Source of the DNA: Diplonema japonicum
Lineage: Eukaryota > Protista > Euglenozoa: Diplonemea
NCBI GenBank assembly: GCA_964019335.1
Contig: OZ025664.1
Location: forward strand, 310,001 to 374,000
Direction: 5' to 3'
Length of the DNA: 64,000 nt
This document shows positions 11,173-22,041 of this stretch, piece by piece. Within the stretch, counting starts at the first letter, position 1, and each line of letters starts with the position of its first letter. A model generated the notes under the pieces. It was not told the origin of the DNA. It did no database searches and saw nothing but the letters and a program-made list of their open reading frames with translations. Made by a program: the position numbers and the translations under genes.

Positions 11173-11614
11173 TCCTCGGTAGTATTGAGGTCAATATATC
11201 CGCCTGTCATGATGACTGCTCATTTCGGGAGACGAGGGGGGGGGGGGGGGGGGGGGGACAGAAAGGAATTTCATGAGTTCTGTCCAGTGGGGGGGTTTTT
11301 TTTTTCTGCCCAGAAAATCAGAATTTCACTCTGTAATTTTTTTTTTCTCTGCCACATATCGCAGGTACCCTTCAATGTCTCTTTTCTTTTTTTTCTTCTT
11401 CCCTCTTTTCTTCGTTCTGTCAGCGCGCTATTAAACAAACAAAAGCGCCAGAATGGTTTTTAGTTCCCCACTGTTTTTGAAATATTATGTCCACACACAA
11501 AAAAGATTTTTTTTTTTTTTTTTCCTTCTTTCCTTTTTGTTTCTTTTGGTACAAAACAAAACTAAACATACAAAGAAGGTGGTGGTGGTGGGGGGGAGGA
11601 GAGGTGTCATCTCA

Positions 11615-11646
<32 letters not shown>

Positions 11647-11650
11647 AATA

Positions 11651-12844
11651 ATGTTCACATACTCCCGATCTGTACTAAACCAGTTCAGGGTCGAAACGAT
11701 CAAAAACGGGAATATCACGATGAAAGTGAAGGGGAAACCCGTGACCCTCACCGGGGAATGGCTTGCGGACAACGAAAGGGAAACCTTCAACCACACCACA
11801 CAACAAAGAGAGAGCAACGCTTACGGTGTAAAAAAAAACTTTGAAAAACCCGAGGCCAAAAGCGCACTCGCAACAGATAACGCCCTCCGCGTACAATGGA
11901 ACCACACCAACAACGAAAACCGCTACGAGAAACTTTGGATAGAGGAAATGACAGACAAGTACAACACAGACAACGCACCATTGTTTCCAAAAGTACTCAC
12001 ACACGCCGAACCACCATCCTTTCCACCGTCCAAGGAACTATGGGACAGCACAACCCTCCCATCCCATCCCACTGCGGTGTACACAGAAGTCATGTCCTCC
12101 GACGAACGCTGCCTAGCTTGGTTGGATAAAATTGACAAATACGGTTTTTGTTTACTGCAAGGCTGCCCTGATACATTCGAAACCTTCAATGTTGAAATTC
12201 TCGCAAAACGAGCTGCGAATTATGTAAGAAACAGCGTATTTGGTGGTGTGTGGGATTTCGAGTCTGGGTATGCACATGCTGACACGGCCTACACCGACAA
12301 GGCACTTCCTGCTCACGTTGATTCGTGTTACTGTTACGACCCCCCCGGACTGCAAATGTTGCATTGCGTTGAGTTAGAAGCCACAGGTGGGCTTTCAACA
12401 TTGGTAGATGGGTTTAGAGCGCTTCAATTGCTGCAAGAAGATGATGCTGAATCCTTTAAAATTCTCCAAAGCACCGGTTTTTCATTTTCGTACATCGACA
12501 ACCAGCAGGGTATTCACCTCAAAAACACCACCCCCACCATCGTCACTGATCTGTCAAACATTGTGAAGCAAATACGGTATAACGACTGCGATCGTGATCC
12601 GTTTCCTTTCTCCGCTCCGCTGTCTGTTTACGAAGCGTGGAACAAATTGAGTTACTACATCAAACGGCCCGAGGCTACGGTAACATTCAGGCTAGAACCC
12701 GGGACCACTTTGATTTTCGATAACTGGAGGCTGCTGCATGGGAGGACTGAGTTCAAAGGGAAGCGTAAGGTAGTGGGGTGCTACATGAACATGGAAGATT
12801 TCCAGTCGCGGCTCGCTGCGTGCCGGAAGAGCAAAAAAGATTGA
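11651..12844 (+). CDS. Trimethyllysine / gamma-butyrobetaine dioxygenase family (TauD-like Fe(II)/2-oxoglutarate enzyme)
   Basis: Motifs DTAYT..ALPAHVD (HxD), PPGLQMLHC, GGLSTLVDGF and IFDNWRLLHGR (distal His). Confidence 0.88.
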   Translation: MFTYSRSVLNQFRVETIKNGNITMKVKGKPVTLTGEWLADNERETFNHTTQQRESNAYGVKKNFEKPEAKSALATDNALRVQWNHTNNENRYEKLWIEEMTDKYNTDNAPLFPKVLTHAEPPSFPPSKELWDSTTLPSHPTAVYTEVMSSDERCLAWLDKIDKYGFCLLQGCPDTFETFNVEILAKRAANYVRNSVFGGVWDFESGYAHADTAYTDKALPAHVDSCYCYDPPGLQMLHCVELEATGGLSTLVDGFRALQLLQEDDAESFKILQSTGFSFSYIDNQQGIHLKNTTPTIVTDLSNIVKQIRYNDCDRDPFPFSAPLSVYEAWNKLSYYIKRPEATVTFRLEPGTTLIFDNWRLLHGRTEFKGKRKVVGCYMNMEDFQSRLAACRKSKKD

Positions 12845-13014
12845 TTGGAAACGCAAAAAAAAATTTTTTTTTTCTTTTTTATCTTTTTCTGTTAAAAGGT
12901 TACTCAAGTATCCTTCATTTCCCCTTTCTTTCTTTCTTTTTTTTTTTCTTTTCTTTCCTTTAACGTGCTAAGATATTTGGGCGTTCAGTTAAGTACAGTA
13001 TTTTTTCAGTGTTA

Positions 13015-13332
13015 GGTGGTGGGGATAACATGGAAATATAAGAAGTACATCAGATGTGTTGTTCGCTGTTGACCTCCTCGTCGGTCATCACCGGTAGTGA
13101 AAGAACGTAACGCAGATGCTCAGGGTGACGAACAGGCAGCAAACTGCACGAGCGCAGAATCTTGGTTACCCGGGACGCACCGGCTGGGGTTGAGCACACC
13201 GCACGCATTAAGGACACGACGCGGAACGCAGAAGAAGCTACTGCTCGGCCGAGGAGCGCCCCCTGTAATCAAGTAGGTAGTTCGTGCTTCATTGCACGCT
13301 TAACGCCACCTAGTGTTGCAATCAAAGCCCCA
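13015..13332. mobile_element. SINE-like ~320-nt interspersed repeat, copy 1
   Basis: Near-identical to 17575-17895 and 31322-31647. The copies differ by non-triplet indels and are followed by a T-run. Confidence 0.8.
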
Positions 13333-13661
13333 TTTTTTTTTTTTTTTTTTTTTTTGTTGACGTTTGCAATCTCCGAACGCACCGGAAGAAGAAGATCCGG
13401 ATTTTTTTTGTTGAACTTGGGGAGTGCTTCCCTGTTTAAGGGAGGGTAACATGCCTTTCATTCACTTTTTTTAAAGGGTGGTCCTCAATTGGGACTTGCC
13501 CTTTTAACATTGTTCCCCCCCCTTCTTTTTTCTTTTTTTTCCATATTCGGGTTGGCCTGCTCGGGGTAAGCAGGGACCAAAAAAAAAATAAGAAACACGA
13601 GAGAAAACAAAACAAACAAAAAGGGGGGAAGGAGAAAAAAAAATATATCTCAGCCTTTCCG

Positions 13662-13694
<33 letters not shown>

Positions 13695-13858
13695 TAAAAG
13701 CAGGGCGCCGCCAACACCGGCCTCCTTTAACTCATATATTTTTTTTTTCTTTCTCCTCCCCCCTCCCCTCCCCTTCCCAAATCAAAAAAAAAAAATATTG
13801 TTGGTATTATCCCACAAACAAAAAAAAAATAAAGTAAAAAAAAAAAAAAAAAAAAAAA

Positions 13859-14334
13859 ATGCTTTCCACCGCACGGACTGTGTTGAGGAGAGGGCTTATG
13901 TCGCAGTGCAGAATGGCGTCTGGCAAACCGGGCCCCACATTTTTCTTCAAGGAGAGGTACGGAATGGACCTGTCGCCTCCCAAGCAGGCGCTTTTGAATT
14001 ACAATGCTGCCTTGGTGGCTGCGGCAGCCTGTGACGGCATGGATGCCAGGGAGGAGGCCTACATCGTCGGGTTAGGAATCTCCCAGGGGTTGGATGAGAG
14101 TGATATCCGTGCTGCTCTGCGACAGGACTGGTCTGACGATAAGGTAGAGGCGACGATCACAGCCTTTTGTGACTCGCTGTCGGATGACTCTTGGAAGGGG
14201 TACCTAATCTACGATTGCGTCAAGGCTTGCAGCGCAGACCTGTTCTACTCTCCTGAGGAGCGTTCTAAGGTTAGAAAGATTGCAGGGTTCCTGGGTGTAA
14301 GCGATGATCACGTCGTCAGCGTCGAGAAGTATGG

Positions 14335-14367
<33 letters not shown>

Positions 14368-14466
14368 AGGCTCGTCATTCTTCAGGACCAACTCATGGAC
14401 AAAGGTGTGCGCCTCATGCAAAATGTCAACGAGCCCGACACTGTCTGGGACGATGGGTTTCCCTAA
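13859..14466 (+). CDS. TerB-like domain protein, probable mitochondrial presequence
   Basis: Arg-rich amphipathic N-terminus and two TerB-like motifs (AACDGMDAREE, CSADLFYSPEERSKVRKIAGFLGV). The GT-AG intron 14329-14369 restores the frame EK|LVILQDQL...GFP*. Confidence 0.75.
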
Positions 14467-14554
14467 ATGAGATTTTTTTTTTTTTTTGTTTTTGTTTACA
14501 CGAGGTTTTTGATACACACAATACACACCCACTTTTTTTTTCTTTTCTCCTCTT

Positions 14555-14587
<33 letters not shown>

Positions 14588-14685
14588 TCCAAGGGAAAAC
14601 AATCGCCCTTTTTATTTTATTTTTTTGTTCTCTTTCTCTTCCTCTCTTTATTTCTCTCTTTATTTCTCTTTTTTTTTGACGAACG

Positions 14686-14718
<33 letters not shown>

Positions 14719-14927
14719 CTTTCTTAACAACAATTTTTTTATAAAGAAGAAGTGTGACCTACAATAATTTACAAATGACAAAAAAAAACGGGAAAAAATG
14801 GAAGAAGAAAAAAAAAGATTTAAAAGAAAAAAAAAAGAAAATTCCTTCCTTGCTCTACCCTCACTCCTGTCAACCGGAGGATGCCACAAAGAGGAAATAG
14901 GAGCAACTCCCCTCGAATTGCCTGGGG

Positions 14928-14962
<35 letters not shown>

Positions 14963-15719
14963 CTCGTTGAAGGGTGGAAAGCTCCAGTTTTCTATTCTAT
15001 GAACGGTGCACACTCCGCTGCTTTTTCTCAACCAGGTGAGTCGTGGGGTGTATGCTTCTATTATTTTTGATCTTCTTTTTTTTTTATTCTTCTTTTTTTT
15101 TCCCCTTTTTTCTGCGGAAACAAGGCTGCGTGGGCCACCTGACCTCCCGGGTCTTTCTTATAATAGGAAGTAACAATAAAAAAATATTTAAAAAAAAAAA
15201 AAACAAACTTAGAACCCCGGCTCTTTGTCGTCCGCCACATTTTTTATTTTATTTCTTTGCTCCTTTTGTTGCTTTAAATTTTTCTCCCTTGAGTTCACTT
15301 CTCCTGTTCTTTTTTTTTTTTCCCTTCTTTTTTCAAAAAGAAAATGCCAAAAAACTTCCTTTAAAAAAAAAAAAAAAAAGACATCCCACACCTACGTGTA
15401 TAATAAAAAGCAAGACAACAATGGTAACCCCCATCCACCCATTTTTGGTGCAGGTAAAAAAAAAAAAAAAAAAGGCGAGCGGAATATAGCGCATTTTTTA
15501 AAAAGAAAAAAAGAAGGGAATTTTTTTTTAAAAAAAAAAAAAAGTAAAAGGGAAAAAGGTGTTTTTAAAGGGAGAAAAGAAGAAGAAAAAGAAAAACTCT
15601 CCCTTCCCCCACCCCCTTTCCCCGTAACAATTTATTTAAAAAAAAAAAAAAAAAAAAAACACCCTCGTCACCGTGGTCAAAAAAAAAAAAGGATATCAGA
15701 TCAAAAAAAAAAAAAAAAA

Positions 15720-16828
15720 ATGCAAGAGGAACTCCTCAAGTATATGAACGGCCCGAACATGGAGGAGCCAGAAAAGTTCTTGAAAGGGTTGCCGCCGAAA
15801 ACCTTGGGAAGGGTGAGGGCTCTGCAGGGTTTGGAAGAGGATCACTCGGAGATGAGGGTCCAGTTTGAAGCAGAGCTGCACAAGCTTAAGGTGAAGTACG
15901 CTGAATTGTACAAGGTATCATATCCCCCCCCCCCTTTTTTTACAACAAATCCCTCAGCCTTTATACGACGCACGAAAGCAAATGGTGATTGGGAAATACG
16001 AGGTGACACCCGAGCAGATGAAGGAGGGGAAGGAATATATGGAAGCCAAGATGATCGATTCTGAGGATGAGGACGAAGACGATGACCCCCCGCCTGTTGA
16101 CATTGAGATGAAAGTCACAGAGAAGGTGAAGGAAGGTGTTCCGGAATTCTGGTTGACGTCACTTGAAAACCACCCTTTGATGAAGGTATACCCCACGGGA
16201 AAAAAAAAAAAAAAAAAAAAAGGAAATGGTCGAGGAATGCGACCGACCGATTCTCGCAAAGCTCACCGACCTCGTTCTGGAGGAGGACGACGGTGGGTTC
16301 CGTCTGATCTTCCACTTTGCTGAAAACGACTACTTCACCAACGAAACGCTTATTAAGACGTATCACACGGAAATTGACAATGGGGACTACGAGGTGACCG
16401 ATATTTTGGGAGATGAAATCGAGTGGAAAGAGGGGAAGAACGTCACGGTGAAGATCGAGAAGAAAAAGCAAAAATCCGGGAAAACAATCCGAATGGTGAC
16501 CAAGACTAAGAAACAGGACAGTTTCTTTACCTTTTTCGACTCCAGCAATGAAATGTCGGACGAGGACGAGACGGAGAAGGTAGCAAACAAACAAAAAAAA
16601 AAAAAAAAACAGAAAATGGAAGAATTCCACATTGGGTGCGCCATCAAGGACACTCTCATCCCTCATGCTGTTGAGTGGTACTGTAACGAGCTTTACGAAA
16701 CAGACGATGAGGAGGAGGAAGAGGAGGAGGATTTTGAGGACGATGATGACGAAGAGGAGGACGCGGCCCCCAAGAAAAAGGGTAAGGGCAAGAAGAGCGA
16801 GCAAAACCCGGAGTGCAAGCAGCAGTAA
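15720..16828 (+). CDS. NAP1: Nucleosome assembly protein (NAP1 family)
   Basis: Motifs GVPEFWL, FAENDYFTNETLIKTY, IEWKEGKNVT, SFFTFF, an acidic tail and a C-terminal ECKQQ. Introns 15915-15957, 16186-16222 and 16580-16612. Confidence 0.92.
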
Positions 16829-17527
16829 GATTTTTTTATTCCCCCGACAAAAAAAAATTTTTTTTGTCCTCATTTTACTGAGTTTACATTATCATAACTG
16901 GAGGAGGAAAGAGAGGAAGGGAAAAAAAAAGGGGGGGAGAGAGAGGAGGGGAGAAGAAGAAAGGCGTGTGGAAACATGGGAAGGAAAAAAAAAAGAAAAG
17001 AAAAGAAAAAGGCTTTATTTGGACGAGGGGTTCCTCTTCACCGGCTTGTTGGAAAAGTTCGCTTTTTTTTTTTTCTTTTTAATCCCTTTAGGGATACCAA
17101 TATTGCGACCTTTATTTTCACAGTCTCCTTTTGTCCGTTTGCCTTTTCTCTTTCTTTTTTTTTTTTATATTTGTTTTCTATTCAATCATCCTTTCTTTTT
17201 TCTTTTTATATTTTATTTTCTTTTGGTTACAACGTTGTCAGTAAAAAAAAAAGGGGGGGGAGGGGATTCTTTCAAGAAAGCCCTCCTCTGAAATCAAGAA
17301 AAAAGTTGTTTTCCACCGCCATGTGCTCTCTTTTTGTTGCTATCCCAGGAAATTAAGAAAGCGAGCAACTCAGCGGGAAATTTAAAAAGGAAGAAGGAAA
17401 AAAAAAAAAAAAATGGGAGAGAAAATAAATGGGTGGGAAAGCGGCGGAAAAAAAGAAAAAGAAATTGGAAGATTGCATTCCATTCTCCCCGCCCCATCCA
17501 GGTTTATTCCCCACCTCCCTCCCCCTT

Positions 17528-17574
<47 letters not shown>

Positions 17575-17575
<1 letters not shown>

Positions 17576-17895
17576 GTGGTGGGGATAACATGGAAATATA
17601 AGAAGTACATCAGATGTGTTGTTCGCTGTTGACCTCCTCGTCAGTCATCACCGGTAGCGCCCGAGTGGAAGAACGTAACGCAGATGCTCAGGGTGACGAA
17701 CAGGCAGCAAACTGCACGAGCGCAGAATCTTGGTTACCCGGGACGCACCGGCTGGGGTTGAGCACACCGCACGCATTAAGGACACGACGCGGAACGCAGA
17801 AGACTGCTCGGCCGAGGAGCGCCCCCTGTAATCAAGTAGGTAGTTCATGCTTCATTGCACGCTTAACGCCACCTAGTGTTGCAATCAAAGCCCCA
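17575..17895. mobile_element. SINE-like repeat, copy 2
   Basis: Near-identical to 13015-13332 and flanked by T-runs on both sides. Confidence 0.8.
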
Positions 17896-17994
17896 TTTTT
17901 TTTTTTTTTTTCTACAAAGAAAAGAAACAAAAGAAGATCACTCCGCTTTTCTTGTAACCTCCCCAAAGCTTTTTTTTTCTTTTTCTTTTCCTGA

Positions 17995-18033
<39 letters not shown>

Positions 18034-18280
18034 GTGAATCGCTCTGTTATATTTCCGGTTTTCTTTTTTATTTGATGTGTGGTATCTTTCTTCTTTTTTT
18101 TTGTTTCCCCTTTATTTCTTTTTTCTTTTTCTCTCCCTCAATTCCCAACCACATCCAATTTTATCCCCCCTCATTTTGTTTTTCTTTCTTTTTTTTTCTT
18201 CTTCTTTCCCGCACAGTCTTATCACAGCGCTTCTTCACAGCCGGTGGGCAGGGGAGGAAGAAGGGTGAGAGAAAAAAAAA

Positions 18281-21200
18281 ATGGACCGCAAGGCAATGCT
18301 GTCGCAGCTGTTGGAATGGCTGTCGAGCGGAAGCGATGACGACGGCAAGGAAAAAAAGCAAAACCACCGGAAAAAAGAAGGTAAGGAACGGAAGAAGGAG
18401 AAACACAAGAAGAGGAAGAAGCACCACCGCAACAGGTCGGCCAGCAGCGAAGACGATCGCCGACGCGTGCGGCGGTCAAGATCCCGATCGAAATCAAAGT
18501 CAAAAGACAGACCCACAATGGAAATAAACACCAACCTTGCCACCATGGGTGAATACAAAAGCGGGTCATCTCTGTCACACAGCCCAAAGGACCGCGACGT
18601 AGCGATTGAGGCACTGGGCACATTGTTAAACGTGATGAGGAGGTCTGCGACTCCCCCACAGAGATCACCATCACGTGTTTTAGAGTATTCTCCTATGATG
18701 GGAGCGGACCAAGATCCGGAAGAGGAATTGAAAAATTTTTTAAATCTTCCTTCAAGGGGGAGTGGTGAGTCGTCGGCATTATCTCCCAAGTCGTTCAAAG
18801 GCCCAGTGTGGAACAGGCTCTACACCCACGGTGTGACTATGAACCAAGAACGCGCCTCACGTACCAAAACACGTGAGCTTGAGATCGAACAAAATCAACT
18901 CACCAACCATCACACCTTCCGTCCCGAGACCACTATGCGTGAAGAGGCCAACGCGGAGCTCCGGGAGCGCCCCGAACGCATCTTCCACTCGCTCTACCAC
19001 GACCACCATGCTCGTGACAAGCGCCGGACCCAGCTCCGTGAGCGTGTCGACCACAACTCCGGCAAGGACTTCACCTTCCACCCCAGCATCAACCCTGTGA
19101 AACCCACCCCCGCGAACACCGAGTGGGAAACAAGCTTCTACGAGAAGCTCTTCAACGAAGCGAAGCAACGACGTGAGAAGCAATCCCAAATAGAAGTGAA
19201 AACCCAGCAGTCGCTCAGCTACCGAAAGGTTGGAAGATCCACAGCGGAGTCGATGCAAGAGTTCTACCGGAGGGGCGAGAAGCACATCCAGCAAGGCACC
19301 GTAGAGGTAGGATGGATGCGCCGTGTTTTCAACGCCAGCAAAGGGACGCTGGGACAGTCAGCTAAGAGCTGCGAGGCGGGACAGCTGCTGATGACTCTAG
19401 AGACCGATCTGAAGATCAAGAAGATCATTGAGCTTCCGACTTCCGTGTGGGCGAAGATGATACCCCGCACGGACTTCGGTGCCATCATGGAGAGGCTACG
19501 GGGGATAGATGAACTCGAAAGGCTAACGTGGGAAGACTTCATTGAGATGTTTCACGAAGAGACCACCGAGGCCAACAGGGACCCCGAGTGCACACACCGG
19601 CCCGACTTCGCACGGATCCACCACCCGAGGTCCAAGGTCCGCTCCACCTCAGCCACCAAGCTCACATCGGCGCAGATACGCACATCTGTCGACCGCCTCA
19701 CGAAGCGGAAGACGTCAAACACACCGCCGCCGCCTGCAGTGCGTAGTCGGCATGCAAGCCATACCCCTACACGGAGCCGCAAGGCCAGCACCACCCCACA
19801 GCGACGCGACACCTCAACACAACGCAGGACCCCCCAACGGACAGCTAGTGAACAACGACGCGACCCGTCTGCCCAACGACAGACAAGCTTCGCGAGGAAG
19901 GAGTCCCCACCCCCCGTCCCCCGTAACAATACCCCAGCACCTACAAAGGCGCCAAAAACGAAGAAGCCAGGTCCTGAGCCTGTTGTGTCATTTGAAAGCG
20001 AAAGTGAAGTGGATGACAGATCGCCCTCTGCCGCTCCCGCACCCTCTCAACCCCCCAAGCCCGTTGTGCAGGATGCTAAAGCTAAGCCGACAGCCTCACC
20101 TCCACCCGCTCCTAAACCGGCACCTGTCCCTGTGTCCCCTATGAAGCATGAAGACCCCTCTAAGTCGCTTGCTACGCTTGTCGCCAACAGTGACAGCGAC
20201 GACGAGTTCCACTCCGACGAGGACGACTCCGCATTCGCCAGTCCCGAGCAAGAGACACCTGTGAGGGAGGTAACTAATCCTGCACCCACTGCTCACGTGA
20301 AGGATAATACGTCCAAAGCACTGGAAGAACTCAAGAAGAAGCTTGCCAGGGGTGACGGAAAACCAAAAACACCACCTGCGACGGCCCCTGGAGCAAAAGG
20401 GAATGGCTCAGCTGTCGCCTCACCCAGTGCCGCCGCCATGGCAAAGATTGCTGCAGGGGTTGCCTCGTCGTCATCGTCGCCGGCGCCGCCGTCGGCAGGC
20501 AGGGGCGGAGCACTGCGGGTTAAGAACACCACGGCGACGCAGCAGCAAGTGCCTCCTGGTGCGCAGCTTGCGTTGTCAGCTGCGGCAAAGGCAGCCATCG
20601 CGAAGAGGGCTGGACACACCGACGCGACACAAAAGCCCGCATCTGTCCCGCAGCCACAGCAGACTGCCGCACCACAACAGACTGCGTCTGCTCCCGCACC
20701 AGAACAGGCACCCCGTGTGACGCAGCCCAGCCCGGGTTCGGTGGTACGGTCTCAGCCGGCACCACCCTCCCGTCCAGTGGTGAAGCAAGCACCACTTGTC
20801 AAACTGCCTCCGAGCTCACCGGGCATGCAACAAGGGGTCAAGGTATGTGACGGGAGGAGTGGCATAATGCATTCACAGGTCAAGGAAGCCTCTCCGAAAC
20901 GGCCTATGCCGCCGGGGCAAGGACAGGTATGCTTACGGTTCTATCTTTAACGCCACCCACAGAGACATCCACAGCATGGCGTGCCGCACAACCCGGCAAC
21001 ACCAGGAGGGGTATGCACATGACACTACATTCACCACTTCACAGGCAAGCTCGACAGGGTCGCAGATCTTGGGCAGTGCGAAGGGGATGCAGTCGCCTAT
21101 GCGGGAGCCAGGAACACCACGGGTAGCTCCACCGGTGAAAACAGCACCGTCGCCTGGGCAGTATCAAGGGACGAAGCAGCCACCTGGGTTTCAGAGGGTG

Positions 21201-21512
21201 AAAGGGCAACCACATCCGAGCAGTCCTGTAAAGCAGCCGCCGGTGAAGTCAGCCCCTGTTAAGCAGAGCCCTGCACCAGGTCCTACGCCTTTCACGCGGA
21301 AGAAAATCCGAATCTGTAAACAGTGCGGAAAAGACAAGAGCACCATCAAAACTTGCCCAATCACGGGGAAGATCCACAAAAGTGCAGCAGGTGCCGACGA
21401 CAGGTCCACCATCTGCGGGGCCTGCGGTAATGATGTTAGTGCGCTCGAAATGTGCCCGGTCAGCCAACAGCCCCACCAGCAACTCGGTAAGGGACCTCCT
21501 TCCCTTATGTAA
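18281..21512 (+). CDS. Large Pro/Ser-rich protein with RLY/TFxP repeats, degenerate EF-hand and two C-terminal CxxC..CPxxxxxH fingers
   Basis: The ORFs at 18281 and 20976 are joined by introns 20843-20878, 20927-20962 and 21011-21044. Motifs VWNRLY, IFHSLY, FYEKLF, HTFRP, FTFHP, CKQCG..CPITGKIH and CGACG..CPVSQQPH. Confidence 0.78.
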
Positions 21513-22041
21513 TAAATCTAACTCCGTTATAGAGATTTAAAAAATCGTTATTATTTTGTCACCCGCACTCGTAGACTTTTGTAGTTTTTTTTTTTCTTCT
21601 TTTTTTTTCTTTTTTTCTTCTTTGGACCTGTACCACGCTGGGGACGGAGTTAACGCCAGTGGAACACATCAACAACAACATCCGACGGGTACGGCCTTGT
21701 CAGTGACATAGGTATCGACCGTTACAGCGTCTTCGTGAAAGGACACCTGAGGAGAACGCACTCGCGATGCAGTCTTGCGGGACAGATATCTGTCGCAGAC
21801 CCGACAACCCGCCTGAGCTCCCAGAACAGGGACAATGGGGACTACCGGTGAGCGCAAAAACGCATTTAAAAGAACAGCTTTTTTTTTGCTTTTGTTTTTC
21901 CCCTCTCTCCTCTTCCCCTGCTGTTAAAGGTTTTTCTTTCTGTGTTTTTATATCGAAGTTTCTTATACTCTGGTCTTTTTGCTTTCCCCTTGCTTTTTTT
22001 TTTTTCTCAACCGCCTTCAATCAGCTTCCTAGCGGGCAAAG

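Noticed and set aside
11205-11290. Isolated TGATGA motifs (also ~7685, ~27365, ~59066) as snoRNAs
   Set aside because: No properly spaced D box, terminal stem or rRNA guide.
13015-13332. Repeat as SRP (7SL) RNA, tRNA-derived element or ribozyme
   Set aside because: The size fits 7SL, but there is no helix-8 CAGG..GNRA..AGCA pattern, no cloverleaf or B box, and no hammerhead or HDV core.
14329-14369. Poly(A) interruptions as programmed frameshifts or assembly errors
   Set aside because: All are bounded by GT..AG with a consistent donor consensus, and exact removal restores conserved protein sequence.
17614-17994. ORFs inside the SINE-like copies
   Set aside because: The copies differ by frameshifting indels.
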